Source: Patescibacteria group bacterium
Lineage (GTDB): Bacteria > Patescibacteriota > WWE3 > UBA101185 > UBA10185
Assembly: GCA_049322215.1 (NCBI GenBank)
Contig: JBMORU010000001.1
Coordinates: forward strand, 260,023-324,022
Length of the DNA: 64,000 nucleotides
Reading direction: 5' to 3'
The notes beneath the pieces are model-generated. The model saw only the letters and a list, made by a program, of their open reading frames with translations, made no database searches and was not told the origin of the DNA. Below are positions 48,411 through 57,983 of the stretch, piece by piece; positions within the stretch are counted from its first letter, which is position 1; each line of letters begins with the position of its first letter. The position numbers were made by a program, and so were the translations under genes.

Positions 48411-48743
48411 ATGTCAAAACAAACAAATTTTTTGCCTAATGCGTATAAAGCAGAAGCAATTCGTTTACAATTTGGTGCGCAAAACTTTTCTGAAGGCTTT
48501 GGTGAGGTAGTGGCTACTTTCACGGAAGCGCTTGTGCTTGAAGATGCCGAAACCTTACGTGAGCTTGGCCTTTCGGAAGATGCCGTTAGCTTGATTTGTT
48601 CTTCTCAAGCTCTCACACAAAACGAATTCGAACTGCAACAAGCCGCCGCCGATTCCGAACGTGACTACTGGGGAACCTGGCAAGCTGAAGAAACGCGTTA
48701 TTGGGCACCTCGCGATTACTACGAAACCTACTGGAACCAATAA
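48411..48743 (+). CDS. Hypothetical W/Y-rich small protein (GC-elevated)
   Basis: 110-aa ORF with GGAG RBS; ~48% GC by eye. Confidence 0.4.
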   Translation: MSKQTNFLPNAYKAEAIRLQFGAQNFSEGFGEVVATFTEALVLEDAETLRELGLSEDAVSLICSSQALTQNEFELQQAAADSERDYWGTWQAEETRYWAPRDYYETYWNQ

Positions 48744-48821
48744 CCCATAAATGTGGAGATTTAGTGTAACCCTCAAAGTTATATTAAACCTCCACTTTTT
48801 TTTGCAAATTTTTGTTAAGTT

Positions 48822-50801
48822 TTACTGCCAGTTAAAATTATTTCTATTATAGTCAAGATCATCTAAAAATCTGTCTACATCTTTACTTAGTCTTTTTCCT
48901 AGAGTGCCTTTTGGCTCAATATATTTGCTTGGAATTTCTGATAAAAATCTGCTCGGAGTAGTAGACTGTATATTTCCAAAATATAGGCGTGACATTGCTT
49001 GAGTCATTAACACTTTTTCCTTTGCTCTAGTTATGGCTACATAACACAACCTACGCTCTTCTTCTAATTCGGCTTTTTCCATTATTGATTGAGAATGCGG
49101 GAATAAACCCTCTTCCATGCCTACCAAAAAGATAATTGGAAATTCTAAACCTTTACTTGCATGCACCGTCATTAATGTAACTGCATTTTCTTCTTGTTGT
49201 TTACTTGGTTTGTCCAAACTTTCTATTAAAGCTACGTTTTCTAAGAATTCAGTTAGGTCTGTGAATTCGTGTGCTACAGACCTTAACTCTTTAATATTCT
49301 CTATGCGGTTTTCGTTTTCCTCTGTACCGTCATCTAACCAGTCTATATAACCAGTTTTTTCTATTACTTCATCCATTAATTCTACAGTTGCGAGTTTATC
49401 TTTATTCTCAATCCAGTAAGAAAAGGGAAGCCGCGCTTTATTTTCTATTTCAGTAATGTTCCATCCGTTTTGTTTTAAAGATTCCTTTGTTTTTTCGCCT
49501 ATTCCTCTGGGGGGAACATTAATTATTCGTGACCATGAAACCGAATCGTCTGGGTTATGTATTACACGTAAAAAGGCAATTACATCCTTAATCTCTTTAC
49601 GGGAATAAAATCTTAAACCTCCAATTATTTTGTATGGAATGTTATTTCTTATTAAGTGTTCTTCTATATTTCTTGATTGAGCGTTTGTTCTATATAAAAT
49701 TGCTACATCTTTGAATTGGTAGCCTTTTGTTAAATTTTCTAAAATTTCGTCAATAATGAATAAAGCCTCTTCTCGTTCTGTGCGTGCTGTATATGAAATC
49801 AGCTTTTCTCCTTCTCCGTTTTTTGTCCACAAGTCTAAAGGTATGTGTGTAGAATTGTTTTTTATAATGTTTTTTGCTGCGTCAAGTATGTTTTGTGTAG
49901 ATCTGTAGTTCTGTTCTAAGTTATACAGTTGAGCTTCAGGGTAATCTTTTTGAAAGTTTAATATATTTCTATAATCAGCACCTCTAAAAGAATATATTGC
50001 TTGAGACATGTCTCCTACTACATATATGTTTTTATGATTAGCGGCTAACGTTTTGGAAATTATATATTGGGCTTTATTAGTATCTTGATATTCATCTATA
50101 AGAATATATTGGAACTGTTGTTGATATTTAAACCTTATTGTATCTGCATAAGTTAGCAAATTAACTGTTTCTACAAGAAGGTCATCAAAATCTAGGGCAT
50201 TATTATTTCTTAGCCTTTTTTGATATTCCGGATAAATTTTTGCTACCGTTTTGTAAAAATAGCCACTAGTAAACTTTGCATAGCTTTTGGGATCTACTAA
50301 TTCGGCTTTTGCGTTTGAAATTGCTGAAGAAACTGCATAAGGATTTACCTTTTTTTTATCTATTCCAAAGTCTTTTTGTATTTCTTTTATTAAATCAATT
50401 TGATCTGCCTTGTCGTAAATAGCAAAGGAAGGCTGTATACCTATTTGAAATCCATCTTTTCTCAATATTTTTGCGCAAATAGAATGAAAGGTTCCGCTCC
50501 ATGGAACAATTTTGTTTTCCCCCAATAAATCGGCAACACGCTCTTTTATTTCACCTGCAGCTTTATTAGTAAAAGTTACACACAAAATATTTTCTTCTTC
50601 TACTTTTTTTTCATGTATTAAATGAGCAATTCTGTGTGTTAATACTCTTGTTTTTCCGCTTCCGGGGCCTGCTACAACTAGTGCTGGTCCAATAAAATGT
50701 TTGGCAGCGTCTTCTTGTTTATTGTTTAATTTTTTGAGGAAATCTGTAAGTTGAGACACGTGAGTATAATAACATGTAAAGTTACAACAGGTTATGTTCA
50801 A
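48822..50801 (-). CDS. ATP-dependent DNA helicase, UvrD/PcrA/Rep family
   Basis: AGPGSGKTRVLTHR Walker A plus full helicase motif set; no nuclease domain; true start may lie downstream of the ORF's first Met. Confidence 0.9.
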   Translation of the reverse strand: MNITCCNFTCYYTHVSQLTDFLKKLNNKQEDAAKHFIGPALVVAGPGSGKTRVLTHRIAHLIHEKKVEEENILCVTFTNKAAGEIKERVADLLGENKIVPWSGTFHSICAKILRKDGFQIGIQPSFAIYDKADQIDLIKEIQKDFGIDKKKVNPYAVSSAISNAKAELVDPKSYAKFTSGYFYKTVAKIYPEYQKRLRNNNALDFDDLLVETVNLLTYADTIRFKYQQQFQYILIDEYQDTNKAQYIISKTLAANHKNIYVVGDMSQAIYSFRGADYRNILNFQKDYPEAQLYNLEQNYRSTQNILDAAKNIIKNNSTHIPLDLWTKNGEGEKLISYTARTEREEALFIIDEILENLTKGYQFKDVAILYRTNAQSRNIEEHLIRNNIPYKIIGGLRFYSRKEIKDVIAFLRVIHNPDDSVSWSRIINVPPRGIGEKTKESLKQNGWNITEIENKARLPFSYWIENKDKLATVELMDEVIEKTGYIDWLDDGTEENENRIENIKELRSVAHEFTDLTEFLENVALIESLDKPSKQQEENAVTLMTVHASKGLEFPIIFLVGMEEGLFPHSQSIMEKAELEEERRLCYVAITRAKEKVLMTQAMSRLYFGNIQSTTPSRFLSEIPSKYIEPKGTLGKRLSKDVDRFLDDLDYNRNNFNWQ

Positions 50802-51759
50802 TGTTTATGCCTAAAGTTGCATAACTGTGATCTAGCATTAAAATCATATCACCCTTTCTATCTATGCTTTTTAAAACTACCCCAACTACTTCTTTATTTT
50901 CGTTACTTGCATATGTTACTAAGCATAAACCCGCTTCTTCGGTATAACCTGTTTTTACCCCAGCAACTCCTGGGTACGATGCTAATAAGTTTGTTTGGTT
51001 ATACAGGTGTAGATATTTATGTGTATTTCCCGATAGTTCTTTTTCTACGGTTGAAACTATTTTTTTGAAGTCCTCATTTTCTAAGGCATACTTTGTAAGT
51101 TTAACCAAATCTGCTGGTGTGCTATAAGTATCATCATTTAAGCCACTAGGATCGGTAAAATAGGTATCTTTTAGTCCTAATTCTCTGGCTTTTAAATTCA
51201 TCCAAAAAACAAAGGTTTCAGCATCTCCGGCTGTTCCTTCAGCTAGTGCATATGCAGCATCGTTTCCTGAATGCAAAATAAGTCCGTATAGTAATTCTTC
51301 TATAGTATAAACTTCACCTTCGCTTATTCCCATTGAGTTTTCTCCTACACTTGATGCATTTGCTGTAACGTACACTTTGTCGTTTAAACTTTTATGTTCT
51401 AATGAAAGCACGGCTGTCATAATTTTTACTAAGCTCGCTATTTTTCTTCTTTCATTTGCGTTTTTTTCGAAAAGTATATTTCCTGTATTTATATCCACCA
51501 GCATTCCTGCTTCTGCAGCAATTTCGGGTTGGTTAACTGTACCTAGTTCTACTTTTGGTTCCCAACTATTATCGTTTGTAAAATTTTTGAGCTTTGAGTT
51601 TATATATTTTTCTTCAGGAGAAATTTTTCTTTGATCAACAAACCCTTTTACTACGGGTTTGAAATTGGCATCACTTTTATCTGCAAAAATAAAAGTTCCT
51701 AACACTACTATTCCTGCAAACAACAGAATATTAAGAATTACTGTTTTTCCATTTGACAT
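50782..51759 (-). CDS. dacA: D-alanyl-D-alanine carboxypeptidase (peptidase S11, PBP5-like)
   Basis: Signal/TM; SLVK (SxxK), SGN and KTG motifs. Confidence 0.85.
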   Translation of the reverse strand: MSNGKTVILNILLFAGIVVLGTFIFADKSDANFKPVVKGFVDQRKISPEEKYINSKLKNFTNDNSWEPKVELGTVNQPEIAAEAGMLVDINTGNILFEKNANERRKIASLVKIMTAVLSLEHKSLNDKVYVTANASSVGENSMGISEGEVYTIEELLYGLILHSGNDAAYALAEGTAGDAETFVFWMNLKARELGLKDTYFTDPSGLNDDTYSTPADLVKLTKYALENEDFKKIVSTVEKELSGNTHKYLHLYNQTNLLASYPGVAGVKTGYTEEAGLCLVTYASNENKEVVGVVLKSIDRKGDMILMLDHSYATLGINIEHNLL

Positions 51760-51830
51760 AAGAGTACTACTAGTTAATGTGGACAGTTGTTATGTTATCA
51801 TAAATTTGTAATAAGTTTTAAGGAGCCTTT

Positions 51831-52094
51831 ATGATAGAACTAATCGATTTTTATGCCGATTGGTGTGGTCCTTGTCAGGCTATGAAGCCTATATTTGAAG
51901 AAGTAGAACAAGATTATGCAGGAAAGGTAGAATTTAAAAGAGTAGATGTTGAAGAAGATATAGCACAGGCACAGCAATTTGGCGTATTAAGCATACCAAC
52001 ATTTGTATTATTAAAAGATGGAAACGAAGTAGATCGTCGTACCGGGGCAATGCCTAAAGACACATTAAAGTCCTGGATAGACTCTAACCTTTAG
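51831..52094 (+). CDS. trxA: Thioredoxin (short form)
   Basis: WCGPC active site; AAGGAG RBS; only 87 aa. Confidence 0.9.
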   Translation: MIELIDFYADWCGPCQAMKPIFEEVEQDYAGKVEFKRVDVEEDIAQAQQFGVLSIPTFVLLKDGNEVDRRTGAMPKDTLKSWIDSNL

Positions 52095-52120
52095 TTATTA
52101 ATTTAAGAGAGAAAACAATT

Positions 52121-53206
52121 ATGCCCACAAGACTTGCAATAAATGGTTTTGGCCGTATCGGTCGTGCCGCTTTTAAAATAGCTTCAGAAAAGAAAGATAT
52201 AGAAATTGTTGCTATAAATGACTTAACCAATGCAAATGCCCTTGCACACTTACTAAAATATGATTCTGTTTATGGAATATTTTCTAAAGAAGTACATGTA
52301 GAACAATCAGGAAAAAAACTTAAGCTAGATACTTGGGATAATGTAGATGAGTTTTTTAAAGGAGATACCGCACCAGATACCTATTTAGTTGTGGACGGGA
52401 AAAAAACATTAATACTGTCAGAAAAAGATCCCGCAAATTTACCGTGGAAAAGCTTAGAAATTGATGTGGTTTTAGAATGTACAGGGCGTTTTGTGAAAGA
52501 TGGCGCAGCTACAGCACACGTGGAGGCTGGTGCCAAAAAAGTAGTTGTATCTGCCCCTACGAAAGGAAGTGGCAATATTCAAATGTTTTTACTTGGGGCA
52601 AACCATGATCAGTATTTTGGGCAAAATGTTATTTCAAATGCCTCGTGTACCACAAACTGTATATCTCCAGTTATGCGTGTATTGCATAAAAACTTTAAAG
52701 TTTTGAAGTCTGCTATGACTACTATTCACGCTTATACATCTACACAAAACTTGGTAGATGGTCCAGCGCCTGGAGGTAAGGGTGATATGCGCCGTGCTCG
52801 TGGCGCTGCCCAAAATATTATCCCTACTACTACAGGTGCTGCTATTGCTACAACTAAAGTTATTCCTGATTTAGAAGGTGTTTTTGACGGATTAGCTATT
52901 CGTGTTCCTGTTCCAACAGGGTCAATAACCGATATAACGGTGTTGCTTAATAAAAAAACCAGCAAAGATGAAATTAATAATGCTTTTGTTGAAGCCTCTA
53001 AGCAAGATTTTTACAAAGGTATTTTAGGGGTTAGTTACGAACCATTAGTTTCAACAGATATTGTAGGGAGTAGCTATTCAGCTATTGTTGATTTGGCTTT
53101 AACAAATGTTGTTGATGGTGATTTAGTTAAAGTTATGGCCTGGTATGATAATGAATGGGGTTATAGCACACGACTTGTAGAAATGGCTTTATTAACTACA
53201 GAATAA
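52121..53206 (+). CDS. gap: Glyceraldehyde-3-phosphate dehydrogenase, type I
   Basis: NGFGRIGR and ASCTTNC motifs. Confidence 0.95.
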   Translation: MPTRLAINGFGRIGRAAFKIASEKKDIEIVAINDLTNANALAHLLKYDSVYGIFSKEVHVEQSGKKLKLDTWDNVDEFFKGDTAPDTYLVVDGKKTLILSEKDPANLPWKSLEIDVVLECTGRFVKDGAATAHVEAGAKKVVVSAPTKGSGNIQMFLLGANHDQYFGQNVISNASCTTNCISPVMRVLHKNFKVLKSAMTTIHAYTSTQNLVDGPAPGGKGDMRRARGAAQNIIPTTTGAAIATTKVIPDLEGVFDGLAIRVPVPTGSITDITVLLNKKTSKDEINNAFVEASKQDFYKGILGVSYEPLVSTDIVGSSYSAIVDLALTNVVDGDLVKVMAWYDNEWGYSTRLVEMALLTTE

Positions 53207-53254
53207 AAAGGCCAGTACTTATTTATTGTAAACAAATACTAGCCTAAAAGTTGT

Positions 53255-53470
53255 TTATGGTGCTGCGCGATGCCATATTCCATCCCCTGTTTTCAAGAAT
53301 ACTGCTTGATTGTATGCAAGCCTGTTGAAGTTTCTTGTTGAAGTTCCTTTTAATTCAACAGGGTGCGTTCCATAAGTTTCAACCAAGTAATAGGTATCGG
53401 GTTGGGGAGGGCTATTTGCACACCTCATTTGCGAAAACACAAAATCATTCATTGCGCATGTTTCACTCAT
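53255..53470 (-). CDS. Hypothetical small protein
   Basis: 71-aa ORF in the gap-pgk spacer. Confidence 0.3.
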   Translation of the reverse strand: MSETCAMNDFVFSQMRCANSPPQPDTYYLVETYGTHPVELKGTSTRNFNRLAYNQAVFLKTGDGIWHRAAP

Positions 53471-53586
53471 ATCGCTCTCCGGGGTATTTAGTTTTCTCCT
53501 TTAATTGGGATACGTAAATATTAACATGCACAAAAAATTTTGTGAGGTGTTTCCTTAGATACGTCGCTTAAGAAACACCTGCACAT

Positions 53587-54063
53587 TTAGGCTACCAAAA
53601 CCCAATTGCCATCTTTATACAAAAACACTGTGTCAGGACCATCTGCAGACGGTTCGTTTTTGCTTTTGTATGGCTCAGATACAATGGGTTTTCCAATTAG
53701 TTTTCTAGTAACCCGATAGTAATACCCTTCTCTCGGTTTTTCTTTTGTAATGTTTGTAAATGTTTCTGTATCCATTTGAAGCACAGGCAAATTCAACGAG
53801 TTTATTAGACTACGTAACCTGCTACCTCTGTGTGTTACTTCTTCATCTGCGCAGTGTCTCCATGTTCCTATTTCAGATTCAGCTTGTCCAAAACCATCGT
53901 TGTAACGAACGCATGTCCATCCATTTATACGTGGTGGAAAAGACTCCCCAAAATAGATTGCGCGTTTAATGCGGTTGCCTGAATACTTTATCAGGTAGTA
54001 ACCTTCTTCTGGGCTGTGATTATATTTAGCTATAAATCCAGCCGTTAGGTTTAATTTAGTCAT
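53587..54063 (-). CDS. Hypothetical protein
   Basis: 158-aa ORF with GGAG RBS; GC above ambient. Confidence 0.45.
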   Translation of the reverse strand: MTKLNLTAGFIAKYNHSPEEGYYLIKYSGNRIKRAIYFGESFPPRINGWTCVRYNDGFGQAESEIGTWRHCADEEVTHRGSRLRSLINSLNLPVLQMDTETFTNITKEKPREGYYYRVTRKLIGKPIVSEPYKSKNEPSADGPDTVFLYKDGNWVLVA

Positions 54064-54145
54064 TTGTATCTCCTTTTATTACGTGAGCAATATTAACACA
54101 TTATAGGTTAATTTGCACCTTAGCAATGCTCTAAAGTGTTAGAAT

Positions 54146-55114
54146 ATGTTCACTATGCTTTCGGTAAAACAAGCGCCAATTATAGCAGGTAAAACAGTCT
54201 TAGTACGTTGCGACTTCGATGTTCCATTAAAAAATGGAGAGATAGAAAATACTTTTAGAATTGATATGTGCATTCCTACTTTGAAGTTTTTGTTAGAAGA
54301 GGGCGCAAACTTAGTTTTGGCAACAAAGTTAGGAAATCCGAAAGGCGTTTTTGTTGAAGAACTAAGCACACAAGTTATAAAGCCATACTTAAGTAAAAAA
54401 CTGGGCGAAGGCAATTACACCCTTTTGGAGAATTTAAGATTTGATCCGCGCGAAAAAGAAAATTCTATAGAATTTGCGAAAGAATTAGCAACGGGGGTGG
54501 ATTTTTACGTAAACGAGTGTTTTGCAACTTCCCACCGAAACGATACCTCCATAGTAGGATTTAAAAACATTTTACCTTCATACGCAGGCTTAAGGTTAGT
54601 AGAAGAAGTAGAAGTTTTATCTTCAATATTAAAAAACCCAAAAAGGCCTTTGGTTTCAATAATAGGTGGTGCAAAGCTAGAAAGTAAAAAACCAGCAGTT
54701 GATAAGTTTTTAAAAATTTCGGACGCTGTTTTAGTGGGAGGAAAAATAGGTTTAGACTGGAATGAAAATGTACCAGAAAATTTATTTCTACCTGTTGACT
54801 ACGCTCAAGATAATTTAGATATAGGGCCAAACACGATAAAAATGTTTCAAGACATTATAAAAGATGCAAAGACTATTGTTTGGGCAGGCCCTTTAGGCTA
54901 TTACGAAGATACCGAGTACTTAACAGGAACTTCAAAAATTGCGGAAGCTGCGGTAAACTCACTTGCACATGTGACTGTAGGTGGTGGAGATACCACCACA
55001 GCAATCGAAAAAGCAGGGTTTTTAAACGATATAGACTTTGTTTCTACTGGGGGTGGCGCAATGTTGGAATTTTTAATAAAAGGCACCCTTCCCGGAATTG
55101 AGGCATTAAATTAA
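54146..55114 (+). CDS. pgk: Phosphoglycerate kinase (compact, 322 aa)
   Basis: N-terminal KTVLVRCDFDVP.., FATSHR and C-terminal GGGAMLEFL motifs. Confidence 0.9.
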   Translation: MFTMLSVKQAPIIAGKTVLVRCDFDVPLKNGEIENTFRIDMCIPTLKFLLEEGANLVLATKLGNPKGVFVEELSTQVIKPYLSKKLGEGNYTLLENLRFDPREKENSIEFAKELATGVDFYVNECFATSHRNDTSIVGFKNILPSYAGLRLVEEVEVLSSILKNPKRPLVSIIGGAKLESKKPAVDKFLKISDAVLVGGKIGLDWNENVPENLFLPVDYAQDNLDIGPNTIKMFQDIIKDAKTIVWAGPLGYYEDTEYLTGTSKIAEAAVNSLAHVTVGGGDTTTAIEKAGFLNDIDFVSTGGGAMLEFLIKGTLPGIEALN

Positions 55115-55115
55115 T

Positions 55116-55379
55116 ATGGCTACTTTAAAAGCTAGTTTTCCTGAAAAATGTATAGGGTGTGAATTATGTGTAATGGAAGCGCAGAGGCAACTCGAAAAAG
55201 TTGGTCTTGAAGGTGCTTTAATAAGAGTTTTGAGAAACTCTAAAACTTCTGAACTAATGTTTTACATTGACATAGATCCTCAAATCAACAATTTTGATAT
55301 ACAGGAAATAAAAAAAATTTGCCCTACTTTAGTATTTACAGTTGAGGAGGATGATAAAAGCGATGATTTCTCAAGCTAA
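55116..55379 (+). CDS. Small ferredoxin-like protein with a single CxxCxxC...CP motif
   Basis: CIGCELCV...CPTL; start codon overlaps the pgk stop (TAATATG). Confidence 0.5.
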   Translation: MATLKASFPEKCIGCELCVMEAQRQLEKVGLEGALIRVLRNSKTSELMFYIDIDPQINNFDIQEIKKICPTLVFTVEEDDKSDDFSS

Positions 55380-56214
55380 AAAAGTTTTACATATAAATCT
55401 TCCAAAGCATACTTACGAAATTAAAAGTTATCCCGATTTGTCTCATTTTATTGGAGGAGTTGGTTTGGGTTTGAAATTACTTTCCCTGTATAGAGAAGAA
55501 CTACCATTAATTTTTGCGGTCGGCCCTTTAAATGGGTTTTTTCCTTTTGCATCTAAAACCTCAGTTTTAATGGAAGATAATGGCGCTATAGAAGATTTGT
55601 ATTTAGGTGGATCTCTGTCACATCGTATTAGATATGCAGGCTTAGACGCTATTGTTTTGTTAGGTAAGTCGCGAGTTCCAACAATTTTAGAAATTCAAGA
55701 TGATGAAGTTAAATTTCATTCTCTTGATACCGATTTAGGATTATTAGGATTGCCAGGGAAAAAAAGTGTACTAAATTTCACTCAAAAAGGTTTTTACCTA
55801 GACGAATATTTCGAAGCACCAGGGAAATTTTTAGAAAAGCGCTTGCTTCAAAAAAATATTAAAGCAATTTGCGTAACTGGAACTAAATCTCATAAATTAA
55901 AAAATCCAGCTAAATATGAAGCTTTATATAAGCGTTTACTTAGTGACGTTACTAAACTTACTGTAGCTGCAAGTAGTAACCCTTCTTGTTCTGGATGCCC
56001 TGTGGGATGTGCTTTGTCAAAAACAGGTGAGATAGGAGGGAATTTGCTTGTACATAGCTTAGTAGGCTGTGCCTTTGCCGAAAAAATATATTCCGATGTA
56101 GGTACTGTTTTTTCATGCTTAAATGTATTAGGTTATACATACACGCATGAAGATATAGAAAATTTACCTGAAATTATTTATTCTGTTTTGGAGGAACTAA
56201 CTGCTCATGCCTAA
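55342..56214 (+). CDS. Condensed aldehyde:ferredoxin oxidoreductase-like protein (AOR N-terminal domain plus Fe-S segment of domain 2)
   Basis: FIGGVGLGLKLL, PLIFAVGPLNG, YAGLDAIVLLGKS, NIKAICVTGT and CSGCPVGCAL resemble recalled AOR motifs; likely start at MISQAKK (55363); stop overlaps the tpi start. Confidence 0.65.
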   Translation: MRRMIKAMISQAKKVLHINLPKHTYEIKSYPDLSHFIGGVGLGLKLLSLYREELPLIFAVGPLNGFFPFASKTSVLMEDNGAIEDLYLGGSLSHRIRYAGLDAIVLLGKSRVPTILEIQDDEVKFHSLDTDLGLLGLPGKKSVLNFTQKGFYLDEYFEAPGKFLEKRLLQKNIKAICVTGTKSHKLKNPAKYEALYKRLLSDVTKLTVAASSNPSCSGCPVGCALSKTGEIGGNLLVHSLVGCAFAEKIYSDVGTVFSCLNVLGYTYTHEDIENLPEIIYSVLEELTAHA

Positions 56215-56872
56215 ATACATTGTTGCCAATTGGAAACAAAACAAAAATTTAAAAGAAATATCTGACTGGTTAGAAGTTTATAAGAATCAAGATTTTGTAC
56301 TAAGTAGTGATATTAACGTTATTGTTTGCCCCTCATTTCCGTACCTTAATTTTTTAAAAGAAAATAGCGATGCTGAACTTTTAAGTATTGCTACCCAAGA
56401 TGTGTCTGAATATTCCGTGGGTTCTCATACAGGTAATGTTGGTGCAGAACAAGTTAAAGATTTTTGTACTTACAGCATAATTGGGCATAGCGAACGTAAA
56501 GAAGACAGGACACTAGTTAATAAAAAAAGAGATCTGTGTTTGGAAAATTCCATAACACCTATAATTTGTTTTGTTTCATTGACAGATGCTATAAACAGTG
56601 CTGTCCCGGGGGTGATTTTGGCTATGGAAGATCCAACAAATATATCAAAAAACGGTGTGTATAATGTGCAAAACCCTACTGCTATCGAAGAATCCTTAAA
56701 TGAGGTAAAATCAAAATTGTCGATTGAAGTACCGCTGTTGTACGGAGGCTCTGTAAATAAAGATAATGTAACCTCTCTGAGTGCAATCGATACATTAAAT
56801 GGTATTTTAGTTGGGCATGCTAGCTTGGATGCTTTACATTTTATTAAACTAGTTCAAGCTTTTAATAATTAA
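56207..56872 (+). CDS. tpiA: Triosephosphate isomerase (compact, 221 aa)
   Basis: ANWKQN and IIGHSERK motifs. Confidence 0.9.
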   Translation: MPKYIVANWKQNKNLKEISDWLEVYKNQDFVLSSDINVIVCPSFPYLNFLKENSDAELLSIATQDVSEYSVGSHTGNVGAEQVKDFCTYSIIGHSERKEDRTLVNKKRDLCLENSITPIICFVSLTDAINSAVPGVILAMEDPTNISKNGVYNVQNPTAIEESLNEVKSKLSIEVPLLYGGSVNKDNVTSLSAIDTLNGILVGHASLDALHFIKLVQAFNN

Positions 56873-56874
56873 TT

Positions 56875-57981
56875 ATGCGTTATGTTGATTTGGGGAAGTC
56901 AGTTTCCTCAAGGGAAAATAATAATAATGTTCCTATAACCACTTTGAGTGGGAATTTAACTAGTGCAAAGAAATCTTCAGGATATGGATACTTAAAATAT
57001 ATAATTATATTTTTTGTATTAGGGTTGGTAGGGGGTTTGTTTTTATTTTTTGGAAAAGGTGCAGGGGCATTGTTTGACCCTGTTTCAGTAGTATCAACAA
57101 TAGCAAGTGCTGATTTAAATGAAACCGATGGACGCACAAATGTATTGATTTTGGGCTCAGACAAACGCAGTGATGGCAGTGTAGTAACCTCAGAACTAAC
57201 TGACACAATTTTAGTAGCTTCTATAGGGAGAGTTGAGGGGAATGTTGTTTTAATATCATTACCCAGGGATTTATGGGTTACTGCCCCAAGTGGAGGCAAA
57301 TCAAAAATAAATGCGGTTTATGCCTTTGGTGGTGCAGAAGAACTTCAATCTGTAGTCGAAGATGTGTTAGGGATACCAATTCATTACTATGCTGTAGTAG
57401 ACTTTAATTTATTTCAGGATTCTATAGATATTTTAGGTGGTATAGATGTTAATGTTGAAAGAACCTTTGATGATTTTTACTATCCTATTGAAGGTAAAGA
57501 GACAGCTCCAGAAAATGAACGCTATGAAACTGTTCACTTTGACGCAGGCTTGCAAAACATGAATGGTGAAATGGCTTTAAAATATGTACGTTCCCGTAAA
57601 GGCACAAATGGTGAAGGAACAGACTTCGCACGATCTAGACGTCAGCAAAACGTAATTATGGCTATAAAAAACAAGGCACTTTCCTTAGAAACACTTGTTG
57701 ATTTACCTAAATTAAAAGAGCTTTATGATACATATTCTAAGCATGTAGATACTAATATAGATTTTTCCACTGCACAGAGCTTCTACTTACTATCACAAAA
57801 AATAAACTTTGAGAGTATAAGAACAGTAGTTTTAGATGATAGAAGTGCCGCTGATGAAGGTGGTTTGCTTTTCCACCCGACGGATACAAGCTTGTACGGG
57901 GGTGCCTATGTGTTGATTCCTCGTGCTGGTGATTATTCACAGTTACATGCATACGTACAACGTTATGTATTTGGTAATTAA
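56875..57981 (+). CDS. LytR-CpsA-Psr (LCP) family cell-wall glycopolymer transferase
   Basis: N-terminal TM; NVLILGSDKRSDG..TDTILVASI..ISLPRD..KINAVYAFGG LCP motifs. Confidence 0.85.
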   Translation: MRYVDLGKSVSSRENNNNVPITTLSGNLTSAKKSSGYGYLKYIIIFFVLGLVGGLFLFFGKGAGALFDPVSVVSTIASADLNETDGRTNVLILGSDKRSDGSVVTSELTDTILVASIGRVEGNVVLISLPRDLWVTAPSGGKSKINAVYAFGGAEELQSVVEDVLGIPIHYYAVVDFNLFQDSIDILGGIDVNVERTFDDFYYPIEGKETAPENERYETVHFDAGLQNMNGEMALKYVRSRKGTNGEGTDFARSRRQQNVIMAIKNKALSLETLVDLPKLKELYDTYSKHVDTNIDFSTAQSFYLLSQKINFESIRTVVLDDRSAADEGGLLFHPTDTSLYGGAYVLIPRAGDYSQLHAYVQRYVFGN

Positions 57982-57983
57982 TC

